NCBI GenBank assembly: GCA_020849275.1
Contig: JADLGO010000027.1
Location: forward strand, 6,562-70,561
From: Chthonomonadales bacterium
GTDB taxonomy: Bacteria; Armatimonadota; Chthonomonadetes; Chthonomonadales; CAJBBX01
Reading direction: 5' to 3'
Length of the DNA stretch: 64,000 bases
The notes beneath the pieces were generated by a model. The model was not told where the DNA came from. It saw only the letters and a program-made list of their open reading frames with translations, and searched no databases. Shown here piece after piece: positions 9,753-18,089 of the stretch (position 1 is the first letter of the stretch; each line of letters starts with the position of its first letter). A program made the position numbers and the translations under genes.

Positions 9753-10366
9753 GTCTGGAGAGCGTTGCCTTGCGCGTGCGCGACATTGAGGAGCGGATCC
9801 GCTCCTTCTCGGCCGATGCGCCGGCCGCGCCGCCGGCGCCGGCCAGCCAGACCGACGCGGCCGGCATCGGTCCGGCCGATCTGCCTCTCGTCGCCCGCAC
9901 GGGGGCACCCCCGCCGCAGCCCTTCAACGTGGCGCTCGCGCGGGCCCAGGGGATCGTGAGCGTGAGGCCGTCGGGCGGAGACGCGTTGTCGGCCTTCGAG
10001 CCGATCATCGCCCGGCATAGCGCCGAGTACGGCATTGACCCCGCGCTCGTACGCGCCGTGATCACGGCAGAGTCGAGCGGGGACCCTCGCTCTGTCTCGA
10101 GCAAGGGGGCGATGGGCCTGATGCAGCTCATGCCGGACGAGGTGAAGGGCTACGGAATCACGGACCCGTTTGACCCTGACCAGAACATCCGCGGCGGCGT
10201 GCGCCAGCTCGCGGAGAAGCTGCGTCTGTTCGGAGGTGACGTGCGCCTGGCGCTGGCCGCGTACAATGCCGGCAGCGGCGCGGTGCGTAAGTATGGCGGC
10301 GTGCCTCCCTATGCCGAGACGCAGCGCTACGTGACGCGGGTGCTGGCGCTGCGTGACCAGCGGTAG
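9749..10366 (+). CDS. Lytic transglycosylase (SLT domain) embedded in the flagellar operon
   Basis: GTGA overlap with the fliJ stop. The C-terminal half reads VITAESSGDPRSVSSKGAMGLMQLMP...AYNAGSGAV, the SLT catalytic Glu-Ser and AYNAG motifs. Confidence 0.8.
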   Translation: MSLESVALRVRDIEERIRSFSADAPAAPPAPASQTDAAGIGPADLPLVARTGAPPPQPFNVALARAQGIVSVRPSGGDALSAFEPIIARHSAEYGIDPALVRAVITAESSGDPRSVSSKGAMGLMQLMPDEVKGYGITDPFDPDQNIRGGVRQLAEKLRLFGGDVRLALAAYNAGSGAVRKYGGVPPYAETQRYVTRVLALRDQR

Positions 10367-10384
10367 CGGAGCTCGGACAGCGCG

Positions 10385-10819
10385 ATGGGCAAGGTGATCG
10401 CGGTCTTCGTGGCGCTGGCGCTCCTGGCCGGCGCCGGGTTCGGCCTCAAGCGCATGGGCCTGCCGCCGTTCAGCAAGAGTGCGAAGCGCGCGGCCGCGCC
10501 AGCAGCCGCGGTGCCCGCGGCCGCCGCCGCGCGGGGCGAGGCGCCGGTGCCGCAGCCCGACCCCGGCCCCCCGCCGCGGCAGGGCCCCACCCCGGAGCAA
10601 CTCGAGGAGCGCGCCAGAAGCGCCGAGCGCGGCATGGCGCGGCTTGCGAGCGTCTTTGAGGGCATGCCGGCCGAGGACGCCTCGCGCATCGTGGCCAGGC
10701 TCCCCGATACGCTCGTGGAGGGTCTCCTGCGGCGAATCGACGAGCGGCAGGCCGGGCGCCTGCTGGCGGCGATGCCGCTCGAGCGCGCCGCGCGCCTTAC
10801 GCGCTGCCTGGCTCGCTGA
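10385..10819 (+). CDS. MotE/YlxF-like flagellar protein (N-terminal TM segment plus MgtE_N-like C-terminal domain)
   Basis: TM segment VIAVFVALALLAGAGFG, then MPAEDASRIVARLPDTLVEGLLRRIDERQAGRLLAAMP, which resembles the MgtE-N/MotE domain. Its position matches Bacillus ylxF. Confidence 0.6.
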   Translation: MGKVIAVFVALALLAGAGFGLKRMGLPPFSKSAKRAAAPAAAVPAAAAARGEAPVPQPDPGPPPRQGPTPEQLEERARSAERGMARLASVFEGMPAEDASRIVARLPDTLVEGLLRRIDERQAGRLLAAMPLERAARLTRCLAR

Positions 10820-10912
10820 GCCCCCACCGCCTCTCAGGGGCTCACCCTGCAGAGCCCCGCCCGCCCCGCCGACAATAGCGCAACCGCATCCTCAACACGG
10901 GAGGTACCACAC

Positions 10913-12505
10913 ATGGCGTGTCCTGTACGCCTGTCCCGGGTTGCCCTGCTCGGAGTGGTCGGCGAACGCACGCCGGCCGGCAGGCAGACCGGGCGCGACG
11001 ATCCGTTCCGTGGGAAGCTGCTGGCCGGCCGCGGCGCTCCGCCGCGAGCCGCCGGGCATCACAGAGATCTGGAGCGTGCTCGCCAGAGGCTGGAGCGAGC
11101 CGCACCCAGCCAGGATGAGCCGGCCGCCGACCGCGCCGGGACGCTGGCCGCGGCGGCGACGCCGCCACCGCGACAGGCGAGAGCCACCGAGGAGGGGCCG
11201 CCGGGCGAGGGCGGCAGAGGCGCCCCGAGCCGGGCCGTGGGCGCCGGGGAGGGGCCAGCGCGGGGCGAGAGCGAGACGACGACAACCATGCCCGAGGTGG
11301 ACGCCGCGCCAATGACGGACGGCGAGCCGAGTGCACCCCTCTCGACCCCGAGCCAGACCACGACGACGGTGTCGCTCGCCGCGGCCCCAGCGCCCGGGGA
11401 GGCCGGCGCCGCCCCCGAGGCCCTGCCGCGCTCCGCCGGCCCGAGCGCGGGCGCGCCCGCCACGGGCGACCCGGCTGCCGCACCGGACGCCTCCGAAGCG
11501 CCGGCCGCGCCTCCCACGCCGTCCGACGCGCCCACCGCTGGCACGCGCTCCGGCGATCGCGTCATCGTCGTACAGCGGGGGCCGCAGCGCGTCGCCATCG
11601 GCCTGATCCCGCCAGAGCCACTCGCCACCTCCCCGTCGGGCCAGGGCGCCGCTCCGGTCGCCCGCGCCGGGTCGCCGACGGGTCCGGCGGGCCCGATGCC
11701 CTCTCCAGTCGCGCCGCGGGCGCCGGCCGCCGCGATGGCGGCCTTGCCAACCGCGGCGGCGCCGGGCCCCTCCCTGGCAGCGGCCGGGCCGGCGCCCGTC
11801 TCCCAGGCGGCCGCCCTCGCCGTGGCGGCCGCGGCTGAGACGGCGTCTCGGCCCGGCGGCCAGGGCGCGTCACCGGCCGGCTCGGACGACTCCGACCACC
11901 CGGCGACGGCCGCGCGCGGACGCGTCGGCACGCACCCTGCGGCCGAAGCTCCGAGCGCCGACCGCACGGCGGACCTCGGCGCGGCGCCCGTGGCCGCGCG
12001 GTCGCGCGAGATGGCCCGCGCGGCCCAAACGGCGTCGACCGCCTCCGAGGGCGCGCGCGATGCCGACGCCCGCGCACGCATCGTTGACCAGGTGCTCGCG
12101 CGGCTCGACAGCATGCGCCTGGCGAGCGGGCGTCAGGAGGTGCTGCTGCGCCTCGACCCGCCGCACCTGGGCGAGCTGCGCCTGACGATCTTGCGGCACG
12201 GCGACGCGATTTCGGCGCACGTCGTCGCCGAGACGCAAGCGGCTCGCGAGGCGCTCACGGCCGGGCGCGACGACCTGCGGTCCGCCCTGGAGACTCGCGG
12301 GTTCTCGCTGCAGCAACTCGACGTCGCCCTGCAGCAGGGCGGCGGGGGCGCGCGCCACTATGCGTTTCGGCAGGGCGACCCGGGCGATGGGGCGGCGCGG
12401 AGCGACGCGGCGATCCGACTGGCGCGGGCGCCGTCGGGGCCAGCCGCGGCTGGCCCGGCGCGGGCCTTCCGATCCGGCGTGGGCGCCGTGGACTACACGG
12501 CATAG
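10913..12505 (+). CDS. fliK: Flagellar hook-length control protein FliK
   Basis: GGGAGG lies 9 nt upstream of the ATG. A Pro/Ala-rich ruler region is followed by a C-terminal Flg_hook domain (EVLLRLDPPHLGELRLTILRHGDAISAHVVAETQAAREAL). An alternative later ATG exists at 11288. Confidence 0.8.
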   Translation: MACPVRLSRVALLGVVGERTPAGRQTGRDDPFRGKLLAGRGAPPRAAGHHRDLERARQRLERAAPSQDEPAADRAGTLAAAATPPPRQARATEEGPPGEGGRGAPSRAVGAGEGPARGESETTTTMPEVDAAPMTDGEPSAPLSTPSQTTTTVSLAAAPAPGEAGAAPEALPRSAGPSAGAPATGDPAAAPDASEAPAAPPTPSDAPTAGTRSGDRVIVVQRGPQRVAIGLIPPEPLATSPSGQGAAPVARAGSPTGPAGPMPSPVAPRAPAAAMAALPTAAAPGPSLAAAGPAPVSQAAALAVAAAAETASRPGGQGASPAGSDDSDHPATAARGRVGTHPAAEAPSADRTADLGAAPVAARSREMARAAQTASTASEGARDADARARIVDQVLARLDSMRLASGRQEVLLRLDPPHLGELRLTILRHGDAISAHVVAETQAAREALTAGRDDLRSALETRGFSLQQLDVALQQGGGGARHYAFRQGDPGDGAARSDAAIRLARAPSGPAAAGPARAFRSGVGAVDYTA

Positions 12506-12518
12506 GAGGAGACGAACC

Positions 12519-12917
12519 ATGGGAATCGCGGGCGTGAGCGGCGCGAGCGCCGCGTCGTCGGCCGCACAGAGCGCGGGCGGCGGTCGGCATCTCGGGCAGA
12601 CCGAGTTCCTCTCGCTCCTGGTGACGCAACTCACCAACCAGGACCCGATGTCGCCGCAGGAGGACAAGGAGTTCGTGGCGCAGATGGCCCAGTTCTCGGC
12701 GCTGGAGGCCGCCAACCAGACGAGCGCGGCGCTCTCGCGCCTTCAGGGGGCCGCGCTGCTTGGCAGGACGGTGCAGGCCGTTGCCGATGGCGACGCGGGC
12801 TCCATGCCCGTCACGGGCGTCGTGAGCGCCGTGGCGTACCGGCAGGACGGCGTGCACCTGCTGGTGGGCGAATCGGACGTGATGCTCTCGGACGTGTCCG
12901 AGGTGTCGGTCGGCTAG
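12519..12917 (+). CDS. flgD: Flagellar hook assembly (capping) protein FlgD
   Basis: ATG at 12519 after AGGAGGAG. Contains LGQTEFLSLLVTQLTNQDPMSPQEDKEFVAQMAQFSALE, the FlgD signature. Confidence 0.85.
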   Translation: MGIAGVSGASAASSAAQSAGGGRHLGQTEFLSLLVTQLTNQDPMSPQEDKEFVAQMAQFSALEAANQTSAALSRLQGAALLGRTVQAVADGDAGSMPVTGVVSAVAYRQDGVHLLVGESDVMLSDVSEVSVG

Positions 12918-12927
12918 GAGCGCGCAG

Positions 12928-13326
12928 ATGGCGGATCCCGTTCGCATCGAAGACAGGCTGATCGGCGAGCTACGGCCGACTCCGGTCGGTGGCCGGCCGG
13001 CGCGGCCGGGCCCGGCGCCCGACGGGCCGGCGTTCCGCGACGCCCTTCAGCAGGCCCTGCAGGCTCGGCCCGGCGGCCTCAAGTTCTCGGCGCACGCGCA
13101 GACGCGCATCCAGTCGCGCCAGATCGCGCTGGGCGCCGAGGACGTGCAGCGTATCGAGGGCGCCGTGCAACGCGCCGCGAGCAAGGGCGCGCGCGACTCG
13201 CTCGTGCTCCTGGACCAGGCGGCGTTCATCGTGAGCGTGGCGAACCGGACCGTAGTCACGGTGGTGGATAAGGAGAACCTGAAGCAGAACGTGTTCACGA
13301 ATATCGACAGCGCCGTCATCGCCTGA
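12928..13326 (+). CDS. TIGR02530-like flagellar operon protein (located between flgD and flgE)
   Basis: 132 aa containing FSAHAQTRIQSRQIAL...SLVLLDQAAFIVSVANRTVVTVVDKENLKQNVFTNIDSAVI. Both the pattern and the position match the small protein found between flgD and flgE in Firmicutes-type operons. Confidence 0.6.
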   Translation: MADPVRIEDRLIGELRPTPVGGRPARPGPAPDGPAFRDALQQALQARPGGLKFSAHAQTRIQSRQIALGAEDVQRIEGAVQRAASKGARDSLVLLDQAAFIVSVANRTVVTVVDKENLKQNVFTNIDSAVIA

Positions 13327-13434
13327 TGGCCCTGACGCGCGAGCCACTACCAGGCCGGACCGACGTCGCCTCGACGCGGAGGCCTGCGCCCCCGACCGAA
13401 CGACGGGGCGATCCGAACGACGGAGGTCACCCAC

Positions 13435-15168
13435 ATGCTGCAAGCGATGTTCTCGGGCGTGAGCGGGCTCCAGGCCCATCAGCTCAAGATGAGCGTCATC
13501 GGCAACAACATTGCCAACGTAAACACCTACGGCTTCAAGTCCGGGCGAGTCTCCTTCCAGGACCAGCTCGCCCAGATGCTGCGGCCGGCCACCGCGCCGA
13601 GCGACACCGCCGGCGGCCTCAACCCGGCGCAGGTCGGCCTGGGCGTGTCGCTGGGCTCCATCGACACGATCGAGACGCAGGGCAACCTGCAGACGACGGG
13701 CAAGGGCAGCGATCTGGCGATCCAGGGCTCCGGCTTCTTCGCGGTGACCGATGGCAGCGCCGTCGAGTATACCCGTGACGGGTCGTTCGACCTGGACAGC
13801 ACCGGCGCCATCGTGAACCAGTCGACGGGCCGGCGTCTGCTGGGCTACGCGGCGGACGCAAGCGGCCACGTCGACACGGGGGTGCCGATCACGGCGGCCA
13901 GCGTGCTGACCGTGCCCATCGGCCAGCTCGGCAGCGCCAGGGCGACGGAGCGCATCCACTTCGTTGGCAACCTGGACGCGGCGGCGGCAGTCCACTCGAC
14001 CGCGGTGACCTACAGCGGCAACCTGAGCTCCGCGGCGGCGGCTGACGACAGCGTGTCGGTGACCAGCACGGTCTACGACACGCTGGGCAACCCGCACGAG
14101 GTCCAGGTCACGCTGTCGAACCCGGCGAGCGGCCCGGCGGGCGCCGGCGTGCCCGCCGGGGCGTCCTACGCGTGGGACGCGACGGTGGCGATCGACGGGA
14201 CCGAATCTTACCAGAGCTCGGCCGGCAAGTCGCGGCTCTACCTGGTCGCGGGCCGGTGGCAGCTTGCCGACGCGACGGGCCAGCCGGCCGGGTCATCCAT
14301 CGCGCTGGACGGCGGCGCCGGCGCCAACCACGGCCCGCGGATCCCCGGGGCCGGCGGCGCGGGCCCGGTGTCGATCCGCCTCGACCTGGGCGGGGCGACG
14401 GCCGTTGCGGGGGCCTCGTCGCTGGCCGGCGAGGCGGACGGGTCCACCGGCACGAACCCGGCCTGGGGCACCTCCATCCGCACCTTCGACAGCCTGGGTA
14501 TTGAGCACCTGATCGCCTTCCGCTACACGCGCGTTCCGCTCGAGGGTGCGCCGCCGCCTGGCGCCACCAGCCAGTGGAACTGGGTGGCCACGGAGAATGG
14601 GCAGGAGGTCGCCAGCTCGGCGACCGCTGGCAACTCACCGCTCTTCTTCAACCCGGCGGGCCAGATCGTTGCGGGCTCCAGCCAGACCGCCGTCATCAGC
14701 CCGAGCGGCCAGGCCGTCCCGCCCTTCACCGTATCGCTCGATTACCAGGACCTGACGCAGCGGGCAGGCGACGCCAACGCGGCCGCGACCTACCAGGACG
14801 GCTACGCGGCCGGGGCGCTCAACAGCTTCACCATCTCCTCCGACGGAGTGGTGACCGCCGTCTACTCGAATGGGCAGTCGCGCGCGCTCGGGCAGGTGGC
14901 CATGGCCGCCTTCGCCAACCCGGGCGGCCTTGCCAAGGTGGGTAACAACCTGCTGCGCGAGACCAGCAACTCCGGCGTTCCGCAGATCGGCGTGCCCGAC
15001 CAGAGCGGGCGGGGGAAGATCGTTCCGGGGTTCCTTGAGATGTCCAACGTCGATCTCTCTGGCGAGTTCACGAACCTGATCGTGACCGAGCGCGGCTTCC
15101 AGGCCAACACGCGCATCATCTCGGTGGTCGATGACCTGCTGCAGGAGGTCATCAACCTGAAACGCTAG
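13435..15168 (+). CDS. flgE: Flagellar hook protein FlgE
   Basis: N-terminus MLQAMFSGVSGLQAHQLKMSVIGNNIANVNTYGFK and C-terminus LEMSNVDLSGEFTNLIVTERGFQANTRIISVVDDLLQEVINLKR. Confidence 0.92.
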   Translation: MLQAMFSGVSGLQAHQLKMSVIGNNIANVNTYGFKSGRVSFQDQLAQMLRPATAPSDTAGGLNPAQVGLGVSLGSIDTIETQGNLQTTGKGSDLAIQGSGFFAVTDGSAVEYTRDGSFDLDSTGAIVNQSTGRRLLGYAADASGHVDTGVPITAASVLTVPIGQLGSARATERIHFVGNLDAAAAVHSTAVTYSGNLSSAAAADDSVSVTSTVYDTLGNPHEVQVTLSNPASGPAGAGVPAGASYAWDATVAIDGTESYQSSAGKSRLYLVAGRWQLADATGQPAGSSIALDGGAGANHGPRIPGAGGAGPVSIRLDLGGATAVAGASSLAGEADGSTGTNPAWGTSIRTFDSLGIEHLIAFRYTRVPLEGAPPPGATSQWNWVATENGQEVASSATAGNSPLFFNPAGQIVAGSSQTAVISPSGQAVPPFTVSLDYQDLTQRAGDANAAATYQDGYAAGALNSFTISSDGVVTAVYSNGQSRALGQVAMAAFANPGGLAKVGNNLLRETSNSGVPQIGVPDQSGRGKIVPGFLEMSNVDLSGEFTNLIVTERGFQANTRIISVVDDLLQEVINLKR

Positions 15169-15182
15169 CGCGCGTACCCTGG

Positions 15183-15229
15183 CGCGGCGGCGGGGTAGGG
15201 CAAGGGCGCCCGCTCCCGCCGCCGCGTTT
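15183..15229 (+). terminator. GC-rich hairpin after flgE (possible partial terminator or stabiliser)
   Basis: CGCGGCGGCGGG (15183-15194) pairs perfectly with CCCGCCGCCGCG (15215-15226). An inner 4-bp helix is possible. Only TTT follows the stem. Confidence 0.4.
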
Positions 15230-15268
15230 CCGCATGATGACCGGGGCGTGAGTGTGGAACAAAGGACC

Positions 15269-15283
15269 TGGCACAACCTGCGC
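15269..15283 (+). promoter_or_regulatory. Weak sigma54-type -24/-12 candidate upstream of fliL
   Basis: TGGCAC-aacct-gcGC has the correct GG-N10-GC spacing and lies 68 nt before the fliL ATG. The -12 element is poor. Confidence 0.25.
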
Positions 15284-15350
15284 GGCCGGTGGCGGCCGAG
15301 GGCCCGTGCGCGGTCGCGGGCGGCCGATCACGCTGCGAGGGAACGGAACG

Positions 15351-15836
15351 ATGGCGGCGAAGGAAGCGAAGGGAGCCGGGGAGAGGGCGGGGGGTGAAGC
15401 GCCGCGCCGCCGGAGCCGCCTGCCCATCTACGCGGTGCTGGCGGTCGTCCTCTTGCTCAATGGCCTTATCGTCGGCAAGGTGTTCTTCACGGGCAAGGCC
15501 GGAGCGGCGAGCAAGAAGGGGCCAGAGCAGCCGAAGGTCGGTGAGATCGTGGCGCTCGAGGAGCTGATCGTCAACCTGAGCGGGGAGGGCGACCACTACC
15601 TGAAGGCGAGGCTCTCGATCGGGCTCAAGGAGGGCGCGAAGGCGGAGAAGGTCGAGGAGGAGATGGCCCCCATCCGCGACACCGTCCTGTCGGCGCTGAC
15701 CAGCAAGGAGATCGGCGAGATCTCCAGCGTGCGCGGACGGGAGATGTTGAAGGAGGAGATCGTCGCGGAGCTCAACGAGGAGCTGGAGGGCAGGCCGGTC
15801 GTCAAGGTCTACTTCACCGACTTCACTACCCAGTAG
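15351..15836 (+). CDS. fliL: Flagellar basal body-associated protein FliL
   Basis: ATG at 15351. Contains a TM segment (LPIYAVLAVVLLLNGLIVG), then IVALEELIVNLSGEGDHYLKARLSIGL...VVKVYFTDFTTQ. Confidence 0.8.
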   Translation: MAAKEAKGAGERAGGEAPRRRSRLPIYAVLAVVLLLNGLIVGKVFFTGKAGAASKKGPEQPKVGEIVALEELIVNLSGEGDHYLKARLSIGLKEGAKAEKVEEEMAPIRDTVLSALTSKEIGEISSVRGREMLKEEIVAELNEELEGRPVVKVYFTDFTTQ

Positions 15837-15946
15837 GCGTCCGCGCCCGCCGCGCGAAGGGGATGCGCCCGACCGGAGGGGAGGTCCCAAAACCTGAAGT
15901 TCATCGTCAGCTTTCCGCGCTGAAACCCTGAGGAATACGGGGATCG

Positions 15947-15963
15947 GCCCCGATAATCGGGGC
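15947..15963. other. Perfect 8-bp-arm palindrome in the fliL-fliM spacer
   Basis: GCCCCGAT-a-ATCGGGGC. It overlaps an alternative CGGGG/CCCCG pairing and contains CCGATAA. Confidence 0.5.
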
Positions 15964-16013
15964 AGATACCGCAGCGGTGGCCCGCGCTCCGCTGCCGGCT
16001 CCCGGGGGGCTCG

Positions 16014-17063
16014 GTGGACGAGATTCTATCACAGGCCGAGATCGAGGCGCTGCTGGCCTCGCTGACGGGCGAGGGCGAGCCCGCCGAGGCGACCGAGGGC
16101 GCCATGGCGCCCTCGCCGGTCGCGGCCGTCGAGGCGCGCCCGGCGGGCAAGGCCGACGGGCGCGCCATCGCCTACGAGGTCTACGATTTTCGGCGTCCGG
16201 ACAAGCTCTCCAAGGACCAGATGCGGACGCTGCAGATGCTGCACGAGACCTTCGCGCGGCTTCTGGCCTCCTCGCTCACCACGCACCTGCGCGTCTCCGC
16301 CCACGTGGACCTGGTCTCCGTTGAGCAGATCCCCTACGACGAGTACACCCGGTCGCTGACCTCCTCCATCATCAACGTCTTCAGCATTCCCCCCCTGGCC
16401 GGGCAGGCTCTGCTCGAGATCGAGTTCAGCGTGGTGCTCTCCATGATCGATCGGCGGCTCGGCGGTCCGGGCAACATGGTGAAGAGCAACCTGGTCTTGA
16501 CGGAGATCGAGCAGGCGCTGACGGAGAGCATCGTGACGCAGGCGCTCAAGGACCTCAAGGCGGCCTGGGAGGGCGTCGCCAAGTTCAACCCCCGCCACGA
16601 GCGCATGGAGACGCAGGCCCAGTTCATCCAGATCGTGCCGCCCAACGATGTCGTCGTCTCGATTCTCTTCGAGGTCAAGGTGGGTGACCTGCGCGGCGCA
16701 ATGAGCCTGTGCATCCCCTACATGCTGCTCAAGCCCATCTCCTCCAAGCTCTCGGCCCAGCGATGGTTCAGCTCGACGGTCAAGGGCGGCATCAGCAAGG
16801 ACGCGCAGGCCGTGATTCGGCAGCTTCAGACGACGCACGTGACCTGCGTCTGCCGGTTGGGCAACGCCAGCATGAGCGTGCGGGAGCTGCTGAACCTACG
16901 CGTGGGCGACACCGTGCCGCTCGGTCGCCGGTGCACCGAGGAGGTCGACCTGCTCCTCGGCGACCGCGTCAAGTTCCGCGGGAAGCCCGGCCGCGCCGGG
17001 CGCAAGGTCGCACTCCACATCAACCGCACGGCGAGCGATGATGACGCCGCCGACCGAGCCTGA
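16014..17063 (+). CDS. fliM: Flagellar motor switch protein FliM
   Basis: GTG start. Contains LSQAEIEALL (CheY-binding-type N-terminus), YDFRRPDKLSKDQMRTLQMLHETFARLL and a C-terminal SpoA-like domain. Confidence 0.9.
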   Translation: MDEILSQAEIEALLASLTGEGEPAEATEGAMAPSPVAAVEARPAGKADGRAIAYEVYDFRRPDKLSKDQMRTLQMLHETFARLLASSLTTHLRVSAHVDLVSVEQIPYDEYTRSLTSSIINVFSIPPLAGQALLEIEFSVVLSMIDRRLGGPGNMVKSNLVLTEIEQALTESIVTQALKDLKAAWEGVAKFNPRHERMETQAQFIQIVPPNDVVVSILFEVKVGDLRGAMSLCIPYMLLKPISSKLSAQRWFSSTVKGGISKDAQAVIRQLQTTHVTCVCRLGNASMSVRELLNLRVGDTVPLGRRCTEEVDLLLGDRVKFRGKPGRAGRKVALHINRTASDDDAADRA

Positions 17064-17084
17064 GGCCCGGAGAGAGCAGACGCC

Positions 17085-18014
17085 ATGCCTGAGATGTCAC
17101 CCCCGGAGGTCGCCGCGTTTGCCGGGACGATGGGCGCCATCGCGGACGCCCTGGCCCTCGCCATGAGCGAGCAACTCAACGCGGCCGTCCTGCTCGACCC
17201 GCCCGTCGTCACGCTCCAGCCGGTGGATTCCCTGATGAACGGCACGAATCCCGTGCTGCAGACGACGTTCTCGTACCCGAACATCTGCCCCGACGAGGGC
17301 GTGCTGGCGTTCGCCGGCGCGGAGGCCGGGGTACTCGCGGACCTTGCCGGCGGCGGTGACGGCTCGGGCCCGCCGATGACCATCATGGACGAGCACATGG
17401 CGCGCCTGGCGGACGTGATGAACGGCATCGTCCAGGGGCTTGGCGCGGCGCTCGGCAACCGGTCCAACCTGGCCGTATTCCCCGGCCCGAGCGCCACGGC
17501 CATCGAGCCGCTCACCCTTCCCCCCGCCTTCGCGGTGGCCGACCAGGGGGTGAACGTCGAGATCGCCTACCACATCGAGGGGACCCTCGACGGGGCGATC
17601 CGGATGCTGGTCACGCCGGACTGGGTACGCGCACTCTCGCCAGTCGGCATCGACGAACCGCTGGCCGGCACCGATGCCCCCGCCGAGCCACGCGCGCAGG
17701 CGGCGTTCGAGCCGTACGCCGCCCCCGGCAACGGCGCCCCCGCGATGCCGCGCGGCATCGACCTGATCATGGACATCCCGCTGGACGTTACGGTGGAGCT
17801 GGGGCGCGTGCGCATGCTCATCAAGGACGTCCTGGCGCTCTCCGCGGGCTCCATCGTCGAGCTCGAGCGCGTGGCCGGCGAGCCGGTCGACCTGCTCGTG
17901 AACGGGCGGCTGGTGGCCAAGGGCGAGGTCGTGGTGATCGACGACAACTTCGGCATCCGCATCACCGAGATCATCGGTCCCGCCGACCGAATGGCCGCGC
18001 TCGCGAAGGTCTGA
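17085..18014 (+). CDS. fliN: Flagellar motor switch protein FliN with a long FliY-type N-terminal extension
   Basis: The C-terminal 85 aa, DIPLDVTVELGRVRMLIKDVLALSAGSIVELERVAGEPVDLLVNGRLVAKGEVVVIDDNFGIRITEI, form a FliN/SpoA domain. About 220 aa precede it. Confidence 0.85.
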   Translation: MPEMSPPEVAAFAGTMGAIADALALAMSEQLNAAVLLDPPVVTLQPVDSLMNGTNPVLQTTFSYPNICPDEGVLAFAGAEAGVLADLAGGGDGSGPPMTIMDEHMARLADVMNGIVQGLGAALGNRSNLAVFPGPSATAIEPLTLPPAFAVADQGVNVEIAYHIEGTLDGAIRMLVTPDWVRALSPVGIDEPLAGTDAPAEPRAQAAFEPYAAPGNGAPAMPRGIDLIMDIPLDVTVELGRVRMLIKDVLALSAGSIVELERVAGEPVDLLVNGRLVAKGEVVVIDDNFGIRITEIIGPADRMAALAKV

Positions 18015-18089
18015 CACGCATTGGGCGCGCAGGCGGCCCCGGTCCGTCCCGCTGGCGCGCCCGATCCCCGCACCTGGAGGCATCCTCGC

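Noticed and set aside
10479-11315. 278-aa alternative-frame ORF bridging the MotE-like gene and fliK
   Set aside because: It is an Arg/Pro-rich frame overlapping two genes with better motifs and good ribosome-binding sites.
15949-15956. Sigma28 (FliA) promoter call from CCCGATAA
   Set aside because: No TAAA-like -35 element lies 15 nt upstream. The -10-like match alone is insufficient, so I report it only as part of the palindrome observation.
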